DNA from: an uncultured Pelagibacteraceae bacterium
GTDB taxonomy: Bacteria; Pseudomonadota; Alphaproteobacteria; Pelagibacterales; AG-422-B15
DNA length: 64,000 bases
Direction: 5' to 3'
NCBI GenBank assembly: GCA_902554325.1
Contig: CACDOH010000002.1
Coordinates: forward strand, 72,275 to 136,274
Shown here piece after piece: positions 1 through 9,063 of this stretch. Position 1 is the first letter of the stretch. Each line of letters starts with the position of its first letter. The notes below the pieces were generated by a model that saw only the letters and a program-made list of their open reading frames with translations, had not been told where the DNA came from and made no database searches. The position numbers and the translations under genes are program-made.

Positions 1-46
1 GTTTGAGTGGATCCCACTCATTCCAGGAATTTACAATTTTAACCAT
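1..46 (-). CDS. 5' end of an amidinotransferase-like gene (partial, runs off the window start)
   Basis: The reverse complement of 1..46 reads MVKIVNSWNEWDPLK. The NEWDPL string matches the conserved N-terminus I remember for glycine/inosamine amidinotransferases (human GATM has SSYNEWDPLEEV). Only 15 codons are visible. Confidence 0.35.
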   Translation of the reverse strand, partial: MVKIVNSWNEWDPLK

Positions 47-141
47 AGTTTTCTGACAGTAAATTTGAAAAAATATTGCCTTGAATTCAAACTAAATTGA
101 AAGTAAGAGTCAAGCAATTTTCATTAAACAAGGAGTCGATC

Positions 142-1662
142 TTGGTAAACAATAATGAGAGTTTTGACATTATTATCGTTGGCTCAGGGCTATTAGGGCA
201 GATTTGTGCACTGCTGTGTAGTAAATTTAATTTAAAAACATTATTAATCTCAAAAAACTCTATTAATGAAAACGCCTTAAAAGAGATCTCGTTTGATGAC
301 GAAACAGCAAGATTGTTAGACAGCATTGGGGCTTATTCCAAGATTAACGATTTAATCAATATGCCTACATATACTGATTTAATGACTACAGATTCCACTA
401 TTGTGCAACGTAGTCCTGTCATTAAAGCAAAGAATAGCTTTCCTTCTTTAATGACATTTATCCCAGGCGATCTTGAAGAAGAAATGCTTAAAAGTTGCAG
501 TGAAGATCCAAATATAAAGGTGTTAGATAATTTTATTATTTCTCATTTTGAGAGTGGTACAAATTCTTATTCTCTCAAAAATGCTAATAGCACAATCAAA
601 GTTGAAGCACCTTTTTTGATTTGCTCAGACGAAAGTGATGAATTTGTAAATAAAAAATTAAATATCAATTATGATGACCTTGGCTACGCAAGAGAGTGGC
701 TTGTAATAGATATTTCTCTTAAAAGTGGAGATGATCTAGAAAACGTTTTTAGACAGATATGCGATCCGATCAGACCAACATCATATGTTGCACTTTCTGA
801 GATACGGTACCGATTTCAATTTCAGCTATTAACTGGAGAAAAAAAAGAGGATATGTGTTCAATAAGTAAAGTTCATGATTTAATCTCAAATTGGCTTGCT
901 CCCCATCAGTACAACATTGAATATTTAACAACTTTTGAGTTTAAGGGTAGGTGTGCAAATAATTTTCAAACAGAAAATATTTTTTTAATTGGCATGGCTG
1001 CATATCAGATTCCGCCATATGCAGCACAAAGTTTAAATAGTGGAATAAGAGACTTAGTAAACCTAATTTGGAAAATAAATTTAATAACAAATTACAAAGC
1101 TAAAGATAAGATTATTTACTCTTATAATGTCGAACGAAATGCAAAAATTAGGCAAACAATCAAGTCCTCTATTGTGCTAGGACAGCTAATCGATTCTATT
1201 TCTGTTGCTCTTCAAAATGATACTCCTCTTGAAGAAGCTATAGCGCCTGAAGCAAGAGAGCAGGCATTTGGCAAGATGCGTAAATTTAGTGATGATATTA
1301 ATGAGCCAGGCATTTATAATTCTTTAGCTCACGATATCTATACAGGTCAGCGTTTAGCAAAAAACTTAAGAGATAAAAATAATACTCTTATAGATGTGGA
1401 TAAAAATATAGGTTTTAATTTTTCTATAATTTCAAAAAATAATATATTCGATAACCTTGAAGCTGACACTGTTAGCAAATTAAAAGAACTTGATTGTAAA
1501 TTTCTATGTAATATTCAAGAAATTGATTCAGACCTAAATCTCACAGAGGTTTTGACATCAGGAGATATTATTGTAAGGCCTGATATGAAAATATTTGGCG
1601 TATCTTCGGAGAAATTAACTATTGAGCAAATGTGCCAAGATTTATTGAGCCAAATCACTTAG
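142..1662 (+). CDS. FAD-dependent aromatic-ring monooxygenase-like protein (MhpA / PheA-TfdB family), divergent
   Basis: ORF track 97..1662. Rossmann motif DIIIVGSGLLG; family blocks REWLVIDI, CDPIRPTSYV, RYRFQFQLL and PPYAAQSLNSGIRD. I placed the start at TTG 142 because AAGGAG (130-135) lies 6 nt upstream; TTG 97 is the alternative. Confidence 0.75.
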   Translation: MVNNNESFDIIIVGSGLLGQICALLCSKFNLKTLLISKNSINENALKEISFDDETARLLDSIGAYSKINDLINMPTYTDLMTTDSTIVQRSPVIKAKNSFPSLMTFIPGDLEEEMLKSCSEDPNIKVLDNFIISHFESGTNSYSLKNANSTIKVEAPFLICSDESDEFVNKKLNINYDDLGYAREWLVIDISLKSGDDLENVFRQICDPIRPTSYVALSEIRYRFQFQLLTGEKKEDMCSISKVHDLISNWLAPHQYNIEYLTTFEFKGRCANNFQTENIFLIGMAAYQIPPYAAQSLNSGIRDLVNLIWKINLITNYKAKDKIIYSYNVERNAKIRQTIKSSIVLGQLIDSISVALQNDTPLEEAIAPEAREQAFGKMRKFSDDINEPGIYNSLAHDIYTGQRLAKNLRDKNNTLIDVDKNIGFNFSIISKNNIFDNLEADTVSKLKELDCKFLCNIQEIDSDLNLTEVLTSGDIIVRPDMKIFGVSSEKLTIEQMCQDLLSQIT

Positions 1663-1801
1663 AATCAAATGTTTAAAATATACTTAAAAATGAGTGGTAT
1701 AAATATCACAATTTTTTAGTGAGTGTGAATAATCAAGTAAAATCAATATCTTAAAGATTATAAGAATCTTGTTTAGCTATATTTTGAAGTTAAAGTCTGT
1801 A

Positions 1802-1823
1802 TAAATACTACATGTAGTATTTA
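1802..1823. promoter_or_regulatory. 22-bp perfect palindrome TAAATACTACATGTAGTATTTA, candidate operator or 5'-UTR hairpin
   Basis: Read directly from the sequence. Its centre lies about 36 nt upstream of ATG 1849. An unusually strong SD (AAGGGGGAG, 1839-1847) follows. Confidence 0.3.
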
Positions 1824-1848
1824 ATAACATAACAAATAAGGGGGAGTT

Positions 1849-2064
1849 ATGATTAGAAACGCACAAAATGCAATAAAAGCATTAACAAGCCTTGGGCTTT
1901 CATTATTAGCGCTTGGAATAGTGATAGGCCTATTAAGTGGTGGTAGCCTACCATTTGTAGGAAATATTGCTGGTAATATAGTATCTCTTGTAAGCCAATT
2001 AGGTAATGCAGGTGTAGTCGGATTGATTGCAGTTGGTGTTATTCTTTGGTTGTTTCGAGACTAA
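1849..2064 (+). CDS. small 2-TM membrane protein (71 aa), unknown family
   Basis: Strong SD AAGGGGGAG. Two hydrophobic helices (LGLSLLALGIVIGLL, AGVVGLIAVGVILWLF). A paralog lies immediately downstream. Confidence 0.6.
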   Translation: MIRNAQNAIKALTSLGLSLLALGIVIGLLSGGSLPFVGNIAGNIVSLVSQLGNAGVVGLIAVGVILWLFRD

Positions 2065-2071
2065 TTAAACT

Positions 2072-2101
2072 TTCACTTCCTTGCATTAGCAGGGAAGTGA
2101 A
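2072..2101 (+). terminator. intercistronic stem-loop (13-bp stem with one G-U pair, loop ATTA), weak U-tract
   Basis: TTCACTTCCTTGC-ATTA-GCAGGGAAGTGAA, followed only by TTT. Lies between the two miniprotein genes. Could be a partial terminator or an mRNA stability/processing element. Confidence 0.35.
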
Positions 2102-2114
2102 TTTGAGGTAACTA

Positions 2115-2342
2115 ATGATATCCAGAATTAAGCAAATATTGAGAGAAATCATCGACTTTGGCCTATTGCTGATAGCTATTGCAATAATTTTGGAAGTTCT
2201 TTTTGGCCCTTCATCACCGTTTTTAGGTAAAGGCATTACTGATAACCTAGTTGGACTGTTTAATCGACTTGGTAGTGAAGGTGTCGTTGGCATCATATCT
2301 GTTGCAATAATAATTTATCTTTGGAATAGACTGCAGAAATAA
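2115..2342 (+). CDS. small 2-TM membrane protein (75 aa), paralog of 1849..2064
   Basis: Aligns with the upstream ORF using one gap; roughly 40% identity by eye. Shared blocks: G-S-PF-G and LG--GVVG-I-V-I--L. Confidence 0.6.
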   Translation: MISRIKQILREIIDFGLLLIAIAIILEVLFGPSSPFLGKGITDNLVGLFNRLGSEGVVGIISVAIIIYLWNRLQK

Positions 2343-2427
2343 TACTGAAAAACTAACATTTTTCTTGCCCATTTCATTTTTTTATTAGAACCTAGCAATC
2401 TATTTATTACAAATTGGAGGTATTTAA

Positions 2428-3261
2428 GTGAGAAATTTAAAATCAATAATAGTAGGACTAATGATATCAGCACTTTCAACTGTTGCGTTTGCTGATGGCC
2501 ACTGGTCTACTATAAAAATAGGTACAGAAGGTGCCTATGAACCATGGAACTTTACAGACTCGGATGGCAACCTTGTTGGAGCAGAATTAGATCTTGCAAG
2601 AGACTTATGTGCCCGTATGAATGCTGAATGTGAATTTGTGCAGCAAGATTGGGATGGAATTATTCCTGCATTAGTGAATGGAAAGTATGATGTAATTATG
2701 GCTGGTATGTCTGTTACGGAAGAACGAAAAAAAACAATAAGCTTTTCTAAAGCTTACATGACTGAGCCAGCGAGATTTTTCGCATTAAATAGCTCGCCAT
2801 TGAGTACGTTTTCATCGGCAAAAAATTTGAATTTGGATGATGATGGGGACTCAACTTCTGGAACTATTAGCGCTCTAAATAATGCAATGAAAGGCATGAA
2901 CGTTGGTGTTACAGTTGCAACAATTCATGAAGATTTTGCAAATAAATACCTTGATTCAAATCTGAAGGTTTATCCAACTCAAGATGAAATGAACCTTGAT
3001 TTAGCGGCTGGAAGAATTGATGCAATGTTATGTGACGTTGGTACAGCTGAAGCATTTATGGAAACAGCTGGTGGTTCAGATGTAGTAACTTTTGGTCCAA
3101 ATGTATTTGGAGGGTTACTCGGTGAAGGTGTAGGAGCTGGAATCAGACAAGGTGATGCAGATTTAAAAGCAATGTTTGATAAAGCTATTGCTGATGCAGC
3201 TGCTGATGGAACTATTTCTAAAATTTCTATGCAATGGTTTGGAAAAGACTTGGCTCCATAA
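2428..3261 (+). CDS. polar amino acid / opine ABC transporter substrate-binding protein (family 3 SBP)
   Basis: GTG start with GGAGG 7 nt upstream. Signal peptide ...LSTVAFA. Blocks GTEGAYEPWNF, GAELDLARDLC and DVIMAGMSVTEERKK are typical of HisJ/ArgT/OccT-type SBPs. Confidence 0.85.
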   Translation: MRNLKSIIVGLMISALSTVAFADGHWSTIKIGTEGAYEPWNFTDSDGNLVGAELDLARDLCARMNAECEFVQQDWDGIIPALVNGKYDVIMAGMSVTEERKKTISFSKAYMTEPARFFALNSSPLSTFSSAKNLNLDDDGDSTSGTISALNNAMKGMNVGVTVATIHEDFANKYLDSNLKVYPTQDEMNLDLAAGRIDAMLCDVGTAEAFMETAGGSDVVTFGPNVFGGLLGEGVGAGIRQGDADLKAMFDKAIADAAADGTISKISMQWFGKDLAP

Positions 3262-3285
3262 TTTTGTTAACAATAATATAAAAAG

Positions 3286-3319
3286 ACGGCTGTTTTCTTA
3301 AAGCAGCCGTTTTTTTTTA
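3286..3319 (+). terminator. rho-independent terminator/attenuator after the SBP gene
   Basis: ACGGCTG (3286-3292) pairs with CAGCCGT (3304-3310), followed by a run of 9 T. Confidence 0.6.
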
Positions 3320-3328
3320 TCTAAATAT

Positions 3329-4042
3329 ATGTTTGATGTTTTTGCATTAGGTCCAACAGGATGGGGAGACGAAATGCTCATGGGTGCCGTAATGACGGTT
3401 CTTGTCAGTTCATCATCATTATTACTTGGAATAACACTAGGAATAGTCTTCGCGGCATGTAAGCTATCTAATTTTTTCATTCTAAGAGCTATCGCAGAAG
3501 TTTATACAACAATTATTAGAGGCATACCTGAGCTATTAGTAATCTATTTGCTTTTTTTTGGAGGTAGTAGTGCCGTTATGTATCTAGCTAAGATATTTGG
3601 ATACATGGGTTATATTGAACTTAATGCTTTTACAATTGGTACGATTGCTGTTGGAGCAATCTCAGGTGCATATTCGACAGAGGTCATAAGGGGAGCAGTC
3701 AACTCAGTGCCTAAAGGACAGTTTGAGGTTGGTAAAACGCTGGGTCTCAGCGGATATAGTTTATATGGAAAAATAATTTTTCCTCAAGTTGCTCGTATTG
3801 CATTGCCAGGCATAGGGAATGTTTGGCAAATCACATTGAAAGACACGGCACTAATAAGCGTAACAGGTCTTGTAGAAATTATGAGACAGTCACGTATTGC
3901 TGCTGGCTCAACTCATGAACCATTTATATTTTATACCGCAGCGATAATCTTATATTTACTAATAACTCGTCTTTCAAATATTTTTTTTGATAGCGCTGAA
4001 AAGAAATACTCAAAAGGCTATGTTTCTAAGGAGGCTTTATGA
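3329..4042 (+). CDS. amino acid ABC transporter permease (HisQ/OccQ-like)
   Basis: Multi-TM protein. Conserved loop GAYSTEVIRGAVNSVPKGQFEVGKTLGLS is typical of polar amino acid permeases. Confidence 0.85.
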   Translation: MFDVFALGPTGWGDEMLMGAVMTVLVSSSSLLLGITLGIVFAACKLSNFFILRAIAEVYTTIIRGIPELLVIYLLFFGGSSAVMYLAKIFGYMGYIELNAFTIGTIAVGAISGAYSTEVIRGAVNSVPKGQFEVGKTLGLSGYSLYGKIIFPQVARIALPGIGNVWQITLKDTALISVTGLVEIMRQSRIAAGSTHEPFIFYTAAIILYLLITRLSNIFFDSAEKKYSKGYVSKEAL

Positions 4043-4722
4043 GACTTGAGCTAATGTATGAGTCATTCTTCAAAATAGTTGAAGGAATCCCTCTTACTTT
4101 GCAGGTAGTCTCAATCTCTACAATATTAGGTATTTTTCTTGCGGTCGCAGTTGCTTTAATGAGAATTTCTGGAAATAGATTAATGTCATTACCCGCTTAC
4201 TATTTTGTATATCTCATAAGAGGCACACCTCTGTTGTTACAACTTTACTTTGTTTACTATGGACTAAGTCAATTTGAGGCCATTAGAGAGAGTATACTAT
4301 GGCCAATATTAAAAGAACCTTACTGGTGTGGAATTATCACGCTCACCATAAGTACAGGAGCATATTCTTCAGAAATAATTCGTGGGGGAATATTATCCGT
4401 TTCAAAGAATTATATTGAGGCCTCAGGAGCTCTTGGATTATCGCAGATAAAAACTTTCCTGCTAATTACATTGCCAATTACGGTGAGACAAGCACTTCCA
4501 GCATATGGCAATGAACTTATCTTAATGGTTAAAGCAAGTTCTCTCATTTCTATTGTTACCCTGATGGAAATAACTGGAATAGCGAGAACAATTATATCTA
4601 AAACCTATGCTCCAGTTGAAATATTCCTCGTAGCTGGTTCAATTTATTTGGTGATAAATTTCATAATTGTCATGTTTGTCAACCTTGCAGAAAGAAGGCT
4701 TGGAATAGAAAAGGCTACCTGA
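4039..4722 (+). CDS. amino acid ABC transporter permease (HisM/OccM-like)
   Basis: 4-nt overlap with the previous permease gene. Loop GAYSSEIIRGGILSVSKNYIEASGALGLS. Confidence 0.85.
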   Translation: MRLELMYESFFKIVEGIPLTLQVVSISTILGIFLAVAVALMRISGNRLMSLPAYYFVYLIRGTPLLLQLYFVYYGLSQFEAIRESILWPILKEPYWCGIITLTISTGAYSSEIIRGGILSVSKNYIEASGALGLSQIKTFLLITLPITVRQALPAYGNELILMVKASSLISIVTLMEITGIARTIISKTYAPVEIFLVAGSIYLVINFIIVMFVNLAERRLGIEKAT

Positions 4723-5188
4723 GGTGTTTAACGAAATTATATTCTACAGTATCACTGATGTCATACAATCTTCTTGTCTTCTTTAATTTTTCATAATCCA
4801 TTTTTAAATACATCTTATGAGCTTCCTTAAACCTAGTATCTGTCCATAAGAAAACTTTTGATTTATTCTCTTTCACGGCAATATTTTCAACTTTTTTAAC
4901 CAAATATTTTGCTAATCCTTTTCTTCTAAATTTTTGGTCAATATATAATTTATGGATTTCAATTTCATTTGTTTTGCTTGGAAGATATCCCATGCATCCA
5001 ATAATTTTATTTTTATCTTCTACAACCCAAAACTTCCCTCTTTGTTTGTGGAAATAAGAGTAAATATACTTTAGTTCAGGTGAATCATTTTCAACATCGA
5101 GAAAGCAGTTTTTATAGTCTTTAAAACATTTTCTGATTAATTTAATAATCTGATCTGAGTCTTTATTTCTTGCTAGTCTGAGATTCAT
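4715..5188 (-). CDS. GNAT family N-acetyltransferase
   Basis: Acetyl-CoA binding motif A, QKFRRKGLAKYLV; about 157 aa, typical GNAT size. Confidence 0.8.
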   Translation of the reverse strand: MNLRLARNKDSDQIIKLIRKCFKDYKNCFLDVENDSPELKYIYSYFHKQRGKFWVVEDKNKIIGCMGYLPSKTNEIEIHKLYIDQKFRRKGLAKYLVKKVENIAVKENKSKVFLWTDTRFKEAHKMYLKMDYEKLKKTRRLYDISDTVEYNFVKHLR

Positions 5189-5208
5189 AAGATTTAATTA
5201 TACTTTAA

Positions 5209-6018
5209 ATGAGCTATTTTAATAATAAAACGATATGGATTACAGGAGCTTCCTCTGGAATAGGCGAAGCATTGGCTGTACATCTCTCAAAACTAAATGC
5301 GAACCTCATTCTTACTGCCAGACGAAAGGAAGAATTAGAAAGGGTTAAAAATAGATGTGGCAATAGCAATGTACATATATTCCCGTGTGATCTAGAGAAT
5401 ATAGATAATATAGATGAACTATCAAATAAAGTTCATACTCAGTTTAATCAAATCGATATTTTGATAAATAATGCAGGAGTATCAGCGTGGTCATCTATAA
5501 AGGATACAGATTTTGATGTATTTGAAAAAGTTATGAAGCTTAATTATTTGTCAGTGGTTAAACTAACCCAATCTGTACTGCCAAAAATGATTAAACGTAA
5601 GTCTGGGCAAATAGTCGCAAATACAAGTTTATTAGGCGTTTTAGCAATAAAGAATAGAGGAGTTTACGCATCTTCTAAGCATGCAATGCATGGCTTTATG
5701 AATGTTCTGCGCGCAGAAATGCATGAACACAACATCAAAGTGAATACTGTCGCCCCGGGTTTAGTGGATACAGAAGTTGGGGTTAAGGCTTTAACTGAAG
5801 ACGGTTCTACATATGGAAAAAATGATAGAGGTCATGCTACTAAGGGAATGTCGGCAGAAGATGCTGCTAAAATGATATTGAATGCAATAAGAAAAGATAA
5901 AAGGGAAACTTATATCATTCCAATGTTTAGTATTTCAAAAATTGCAATTTATCTAAATAGGTTTATGCCTGGTATAGCATCAATATGGTCACGAAACTAT
6001 AATGAAGTGGAAGATTAA
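5209..6018 (+). CDS. short-chain dehydrogenase/reductase (SDR)
   Basis: TGASSGIGEALA, NNAG, and catalytic YASSKHA. Confidence 0.85.
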   Translation: MSYFNNKTIWITGASSGIGEALAVHLSKLNANLILTARRKEELERVKNRCGNSNVHIFPCDLENIDNIDELSNKVHTQFNQIDILINNAGVSAWSSIKDTDFDVFEKVMKLNYLSVVKLTQSVLPKMIKRKSGQIVANTSLLGVLAIKNRGVYASSKHAMHGFMNVLRAEMHEHNIKVNTVAPGLVDTEVGVKALTEDGSTYGKNDRGHATKGMSAEDAAKMILNAIRKDKRETYIIPMFSISKIAIYLNRFMPGIASIWSRNYNEVED

Positions 6019-6027
6019 AATTTGAGT

Positions 6028-6612
6028 TTATTTCTGAATATCTTCAATTAGAAATTTCATACTGTCTATGCCCCAAAACATTTCGTTTTCAAGATAGAAT
6101 GTAGGAACGCCAAATGATCCTTTTCCAATGGCAAACTCAGTATTTTCTCTTAATTTGTTTTTTATTTCATCGCTCGATATTCCCTCAGAAAATGCATTAG
6201 CATCAATTCCAGATTGGTTTGCGACTTGGGTTAATATTTCTTGATCATTTAAATTCATTGCTTTTACCCAAATGGACTCAAACATGGTTTCCATATATTT
6301 TTCTAAAAGCCCTTCTTTTTGCGCTAATACTGCGCCTCGCATATGGGGAACAGTAAGAATTGGAAAGTAAGGATTCATTTTGAATGGAATGTCTAATTTC
6401 TTTGACCAACGAGTAATATCCTTAAACATGTACTCACCTTTTTTTGGCACAGAAGCAGGAGGTTGGTTTCCTGTAGCCTTGAAAATACCACCAAGTAAAA
6501 CAGGTAATATTTCAACTGATGCTCCAGTATCTCTTAGAGCACTTAAGTTATTATAGGCCAAATAAGAGTACGGACTTCCAAAATCAAAGCAAAATGTTAC
6601 GTTTTTAGACAT
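6028..6612 (-). CDS. 2-hydroxychromene-2-carboxylate isomerase family protein (DsbA-like fold)
   Basis: N-terminal FCFDFGSPYSYLAY and C-terminal GSFGVPTFYLENEMFWGID match the HCCA isomerase/DsbA-like family pattern. Confidence 0.7.
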   Translation of the reverse strand: MSKNVTFCFDFGSPYSYLAYNNLSALRDTGASVEILPVLLGGIFKATGNQPPASVPKKGEYMFKDITRWSKKLDIPFKMNPYFPILTVPHMRGAVLAQKEGLLEKYMETMFESIWVKAMNLNDQEILTQVANQSGIDANAFSEGISSDEIKNKLRENTEFAIGKGSFGVPTFYLENEMFWGIDSMKFLIEDIQK

Positions 6613-6653
6613 ATTTGATGGTATATATATAAAGAAAAAAAATAAATAGTAAA

Positions 6654-7799
6654 ATGAAGATTGCAGTAATTACAGGAGAAGAGTCAGGAGATAAACTAGC
6701 AGCCTCTGCTATTAGAGAACTTAAACTTCAATATAAAGAAAATATTTACCTATTTGGTATAGGAGGTAATGCCTTAAAGAATCAAGGAATAGATAATTTA
6801 TTTGATATTTCAGAAATTAATGTAATGGGCCTTATAGAAGTTTTGCCGAAGGTAATAAAGATTAATAAAATTATAAATAAAACGGTTGATAAAATCATAG
6901 AGATGAATCCGGATATTATTTTTACGGTTGACAGCCCAGACTTTACCCTGAGGGTAGCTAGGCGAATAAAAAGTAAAAAAAAAGAACTTAAAATTATTCA
7001 TTATGTAGCTCCAAGTGTATGGGCATGGAGACCTGGAAGAATTAAAACTGTAAAAAAATCTGTCGATCATTTACTCACAATACTGCCGTTCGAAAAAAAA
7101 ATCTTTGACTCTCATAACATAACAACAACTTTTGTAGGCCACCCAATAACAGAGGTAGATTTAAGCGAATACGAAAATGACAAAATTAATAAGTCAGACT
7201 CATTTCAAAAAGAAATATTTTTAGTAATGCCAGGCAGTCGTAGAAAAGAAATAGAAATGCTTCTTCCAATATATCTAAGTGCAGTCGATGAAATGAACTT
7301 AAAGGATAGATTCCAACTTGTAGTTCCAACAACAAAAAATATGACAAAATTAGTCAAAACTATCATAAAAAATTATTCATCCAATATACCTATAGAAGTA
7401 ATTGATGATGAAAAAGAAAAATATTCTTTCTTTTTCAGAGCCAATTTTGCAATTGTTACATCGGGAACAGCGGCATTGGAACTAAGTTACTTTAATACGT
7501 TATACGTTACAGCTTATCGCTTTAATCCATTAACCTTCTTCTTACTTAACTTAATGATAAAGTCAAAAATTGGAAATCTGATTAACATCATACTTGGAAA
7601 AATGGTAATTCCAGAACTGCTACAAAATGAATGTAATAAAAATAATATTATAAAATTTATCAATAAGTATTTGGAGAACGAAAATTACAGGAGCGATATT
7701 ATAAATCAAACCAAACAAGCGATTAAACAATTAAGCACTGCACAAACACCGAGCCGTTTAGCGGCGACATCCATACTAGAAGTCTACAATGAGAAATAA
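6654..7799 (+). CDS. lpxB: lipid-A-disaccharide synthase
   Basis: MKIAVITGEESGD, VDSPDFTLR, APSVWAWRPGR, PGSRRKEI and TSGTAALE are the classic LpxB blocks. Confidence 0.85.
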   Translation: MKIAVITGEESGDKLAASAIRELKLQYKENIYLFGIGGNALKNQGIDNLFDISEINVMGLIEVLPKVIKINKIINKTVDKIIEMNPDIIFTVDSPDFTLRVARRIKSKKKELKIIHYVAPSVWAWRPGRIKTVKKSVDHLLTILPFEKKIFDSHNITTTFVGHPITEVDLSEYENDKINKSDSFQKEIFLVMPGSRRKEIEMLLPIYLSAVDEMNLKDRFQLVVPTTKNMTKLVKTIIKNYSSNIPIEVIDDEKEKYSFFFRANFAIVTSGTAALELSYFNTLYVTAYRFNPLTFFLLNLMIKSKIGNLINIILGKMVIPELLQNECNKNNIIKFINKYLENENYRSDIINQTKQAIKQLSTAQTPSRLAATSILEVYNEK

Positions 7800-8319
7800 A
7801 TCCAGCTATACAGAGATTGAAGGCAAAGCCCTATGGTATTTACAGCGATACGCAACAAGCTCTGAAAACTTAAGAATATATTTAAAGAGAAAGGTTCAAG
7901 ATACACATTTAAATATTGGATCTGATGAAATAATAAATACAATTATTTCTTCATTAGAGGATCAAAAAATATTAGATGATAAACTGTTTTCTGAGAGTAA
8001 AATTAGAAACTTTCTTAACCGAGGTTGGTCATTAAAGAAAATTCAATTTAGACTTCGTGAACTTAGAGTTAAAAATAATATAATTGAAGAATGCATTGCT
8101 GAAGCAAAGGTGATAAATAAAGATTTTGATTTAGTGGCTGCGGCTAAATTAGCAAGAAAAAAATCAATAGGGCCCTTTAGAAAAAAAGAATTAAATGATA
8201 AAACTAAAAATAAAGAGTTAGGAATTTTGTCAAGAGCTGGTTTTTCTTATAACATCGTTAAACAAGTTTTATTTGAATCAGAAATTGAGGAACTAGAGGA
8301 ATTATATGATCAAAGGTAA
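7789..8319 (+). CDS. recX: RecX-like regulatory protein
   Basis: About 176 aa of helical repeats. ALWYLQRYATSSENLRIYLKRK and LNRGWSLKKIQFRLRELRV resemble RecX repeats. Overlaps lpxB by 11 nt. Family call is moderate. Confidence 0.55.
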   Translation: MRNKSSYTEIEGKALWYLQRYATSSENLRIYLKRKVQDTHLNIGSDEIINTIISSLEDQKILDDKLFSESKIRNFLNRGWSLKKIQFRLRELRVKNNIIEECIAEAKVINKDFDLVAAAKLARKKSIGPFRKKELNDKTKNKELGILSRAGFSYNIVKQVLFESEIEELEELYDQR

Positions 8320-9061
8320 AGTAGTTATTGTAACAGGAGCAGCGAGAGGTTTAGGTCAGAAATATATTATTGAGCTGGCTAAAGAGGGAGCTCAAGTTGT
8401 CTTCGCAGATATCAATGACTGCAGTGAAACTGAAGCGAAAGTGTCAGAAATAACAAATGATTACCTTAGTCTTAATCTGGACGTTACAGAATTTGACTCG
8501 TGTGGCAATCTAGTCAGTTGTGCTGTTGAAAAATTTGGGAAAGTTGATGTTCTTGTCAATAATGCAGCATTATATGGAGCGCTTAAAAGCTCTAGGTTTG
8601 AAGATATTGATCCAGAACAATGGGATAGAGCCATGAATGTAAATGTGAAAGGCTTATGGAATTGTTGCCGTGCAGTTTCTCCAGTTATGAGAGAAAATAA
8701 AAATGGATCAATAATCAATATAGCCTCACTAGCTGCAAAATACGGAATGCCCTATGCTGCAGACTATGCAACTTCAAAAGCAGCGGTAATCGGACTTACT
8801 CGTGTAATGGCAAGGGAAATGGGTAAAGACAACATTCGAGTGAATGCAGTTGCTCCTTCTATGGTAAAGACAGAATCAGCAAAAGAGTTCTTAGGAGAAA
8901 AAGCTGAAAGAGGATTTGAAGTTATTTCAAAAGGGCAAATACTTCAAAAAACACTAGAAGTAGATGATATTTATGGGACAATTTTATATTTGGCCAGTGA
9001 TCATAGTAAATTTGTTACTGGACAGACAATAATGGTGGATGGGGGTAGTATACTATCCTAG
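8306..9061 (+). CDS. SDR family oxidoreductase (FabG-like)
   Basis: VTGAARGLG, NNAA, YATSKAA; C-terminal GQTIMVDGG. Confidence 0.85.
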   Translation: MIKGKVVIVTGAARGLGQKYIIELAKEGAQVVFADINDCSETEAKVSEITNDYLSLNLDVTEFDSCGNLVSCAVEKFGKVDVLVNNAALYGALKSSRFEDIDPEQWDRAMNVNVKGLWNCCRAVSPVMRENKNGSIINIASLAAKYGMPYAADYATSKAAVIGLTRVMAREMGKDNIRVNAVAPSMVKTESAKEFLGEKAERGFEVISKGQILQKTLEVDDIYGTILYLASDHSKFVTGQTIMVDGGSILS

Positions 9062-9063
9062 GT

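Noticed and set aside
1849-2342. The two miniproteins as VirB2/TrbC-type conjugative pilins, implying a T4SS or mobile element.
   Set aside because: No signal-peptide cleavage context and no T4SS, relaxase, integrase or partition genes anywhere in the window. The flanks are ordinary metabolic genes. The similarity is only topological.
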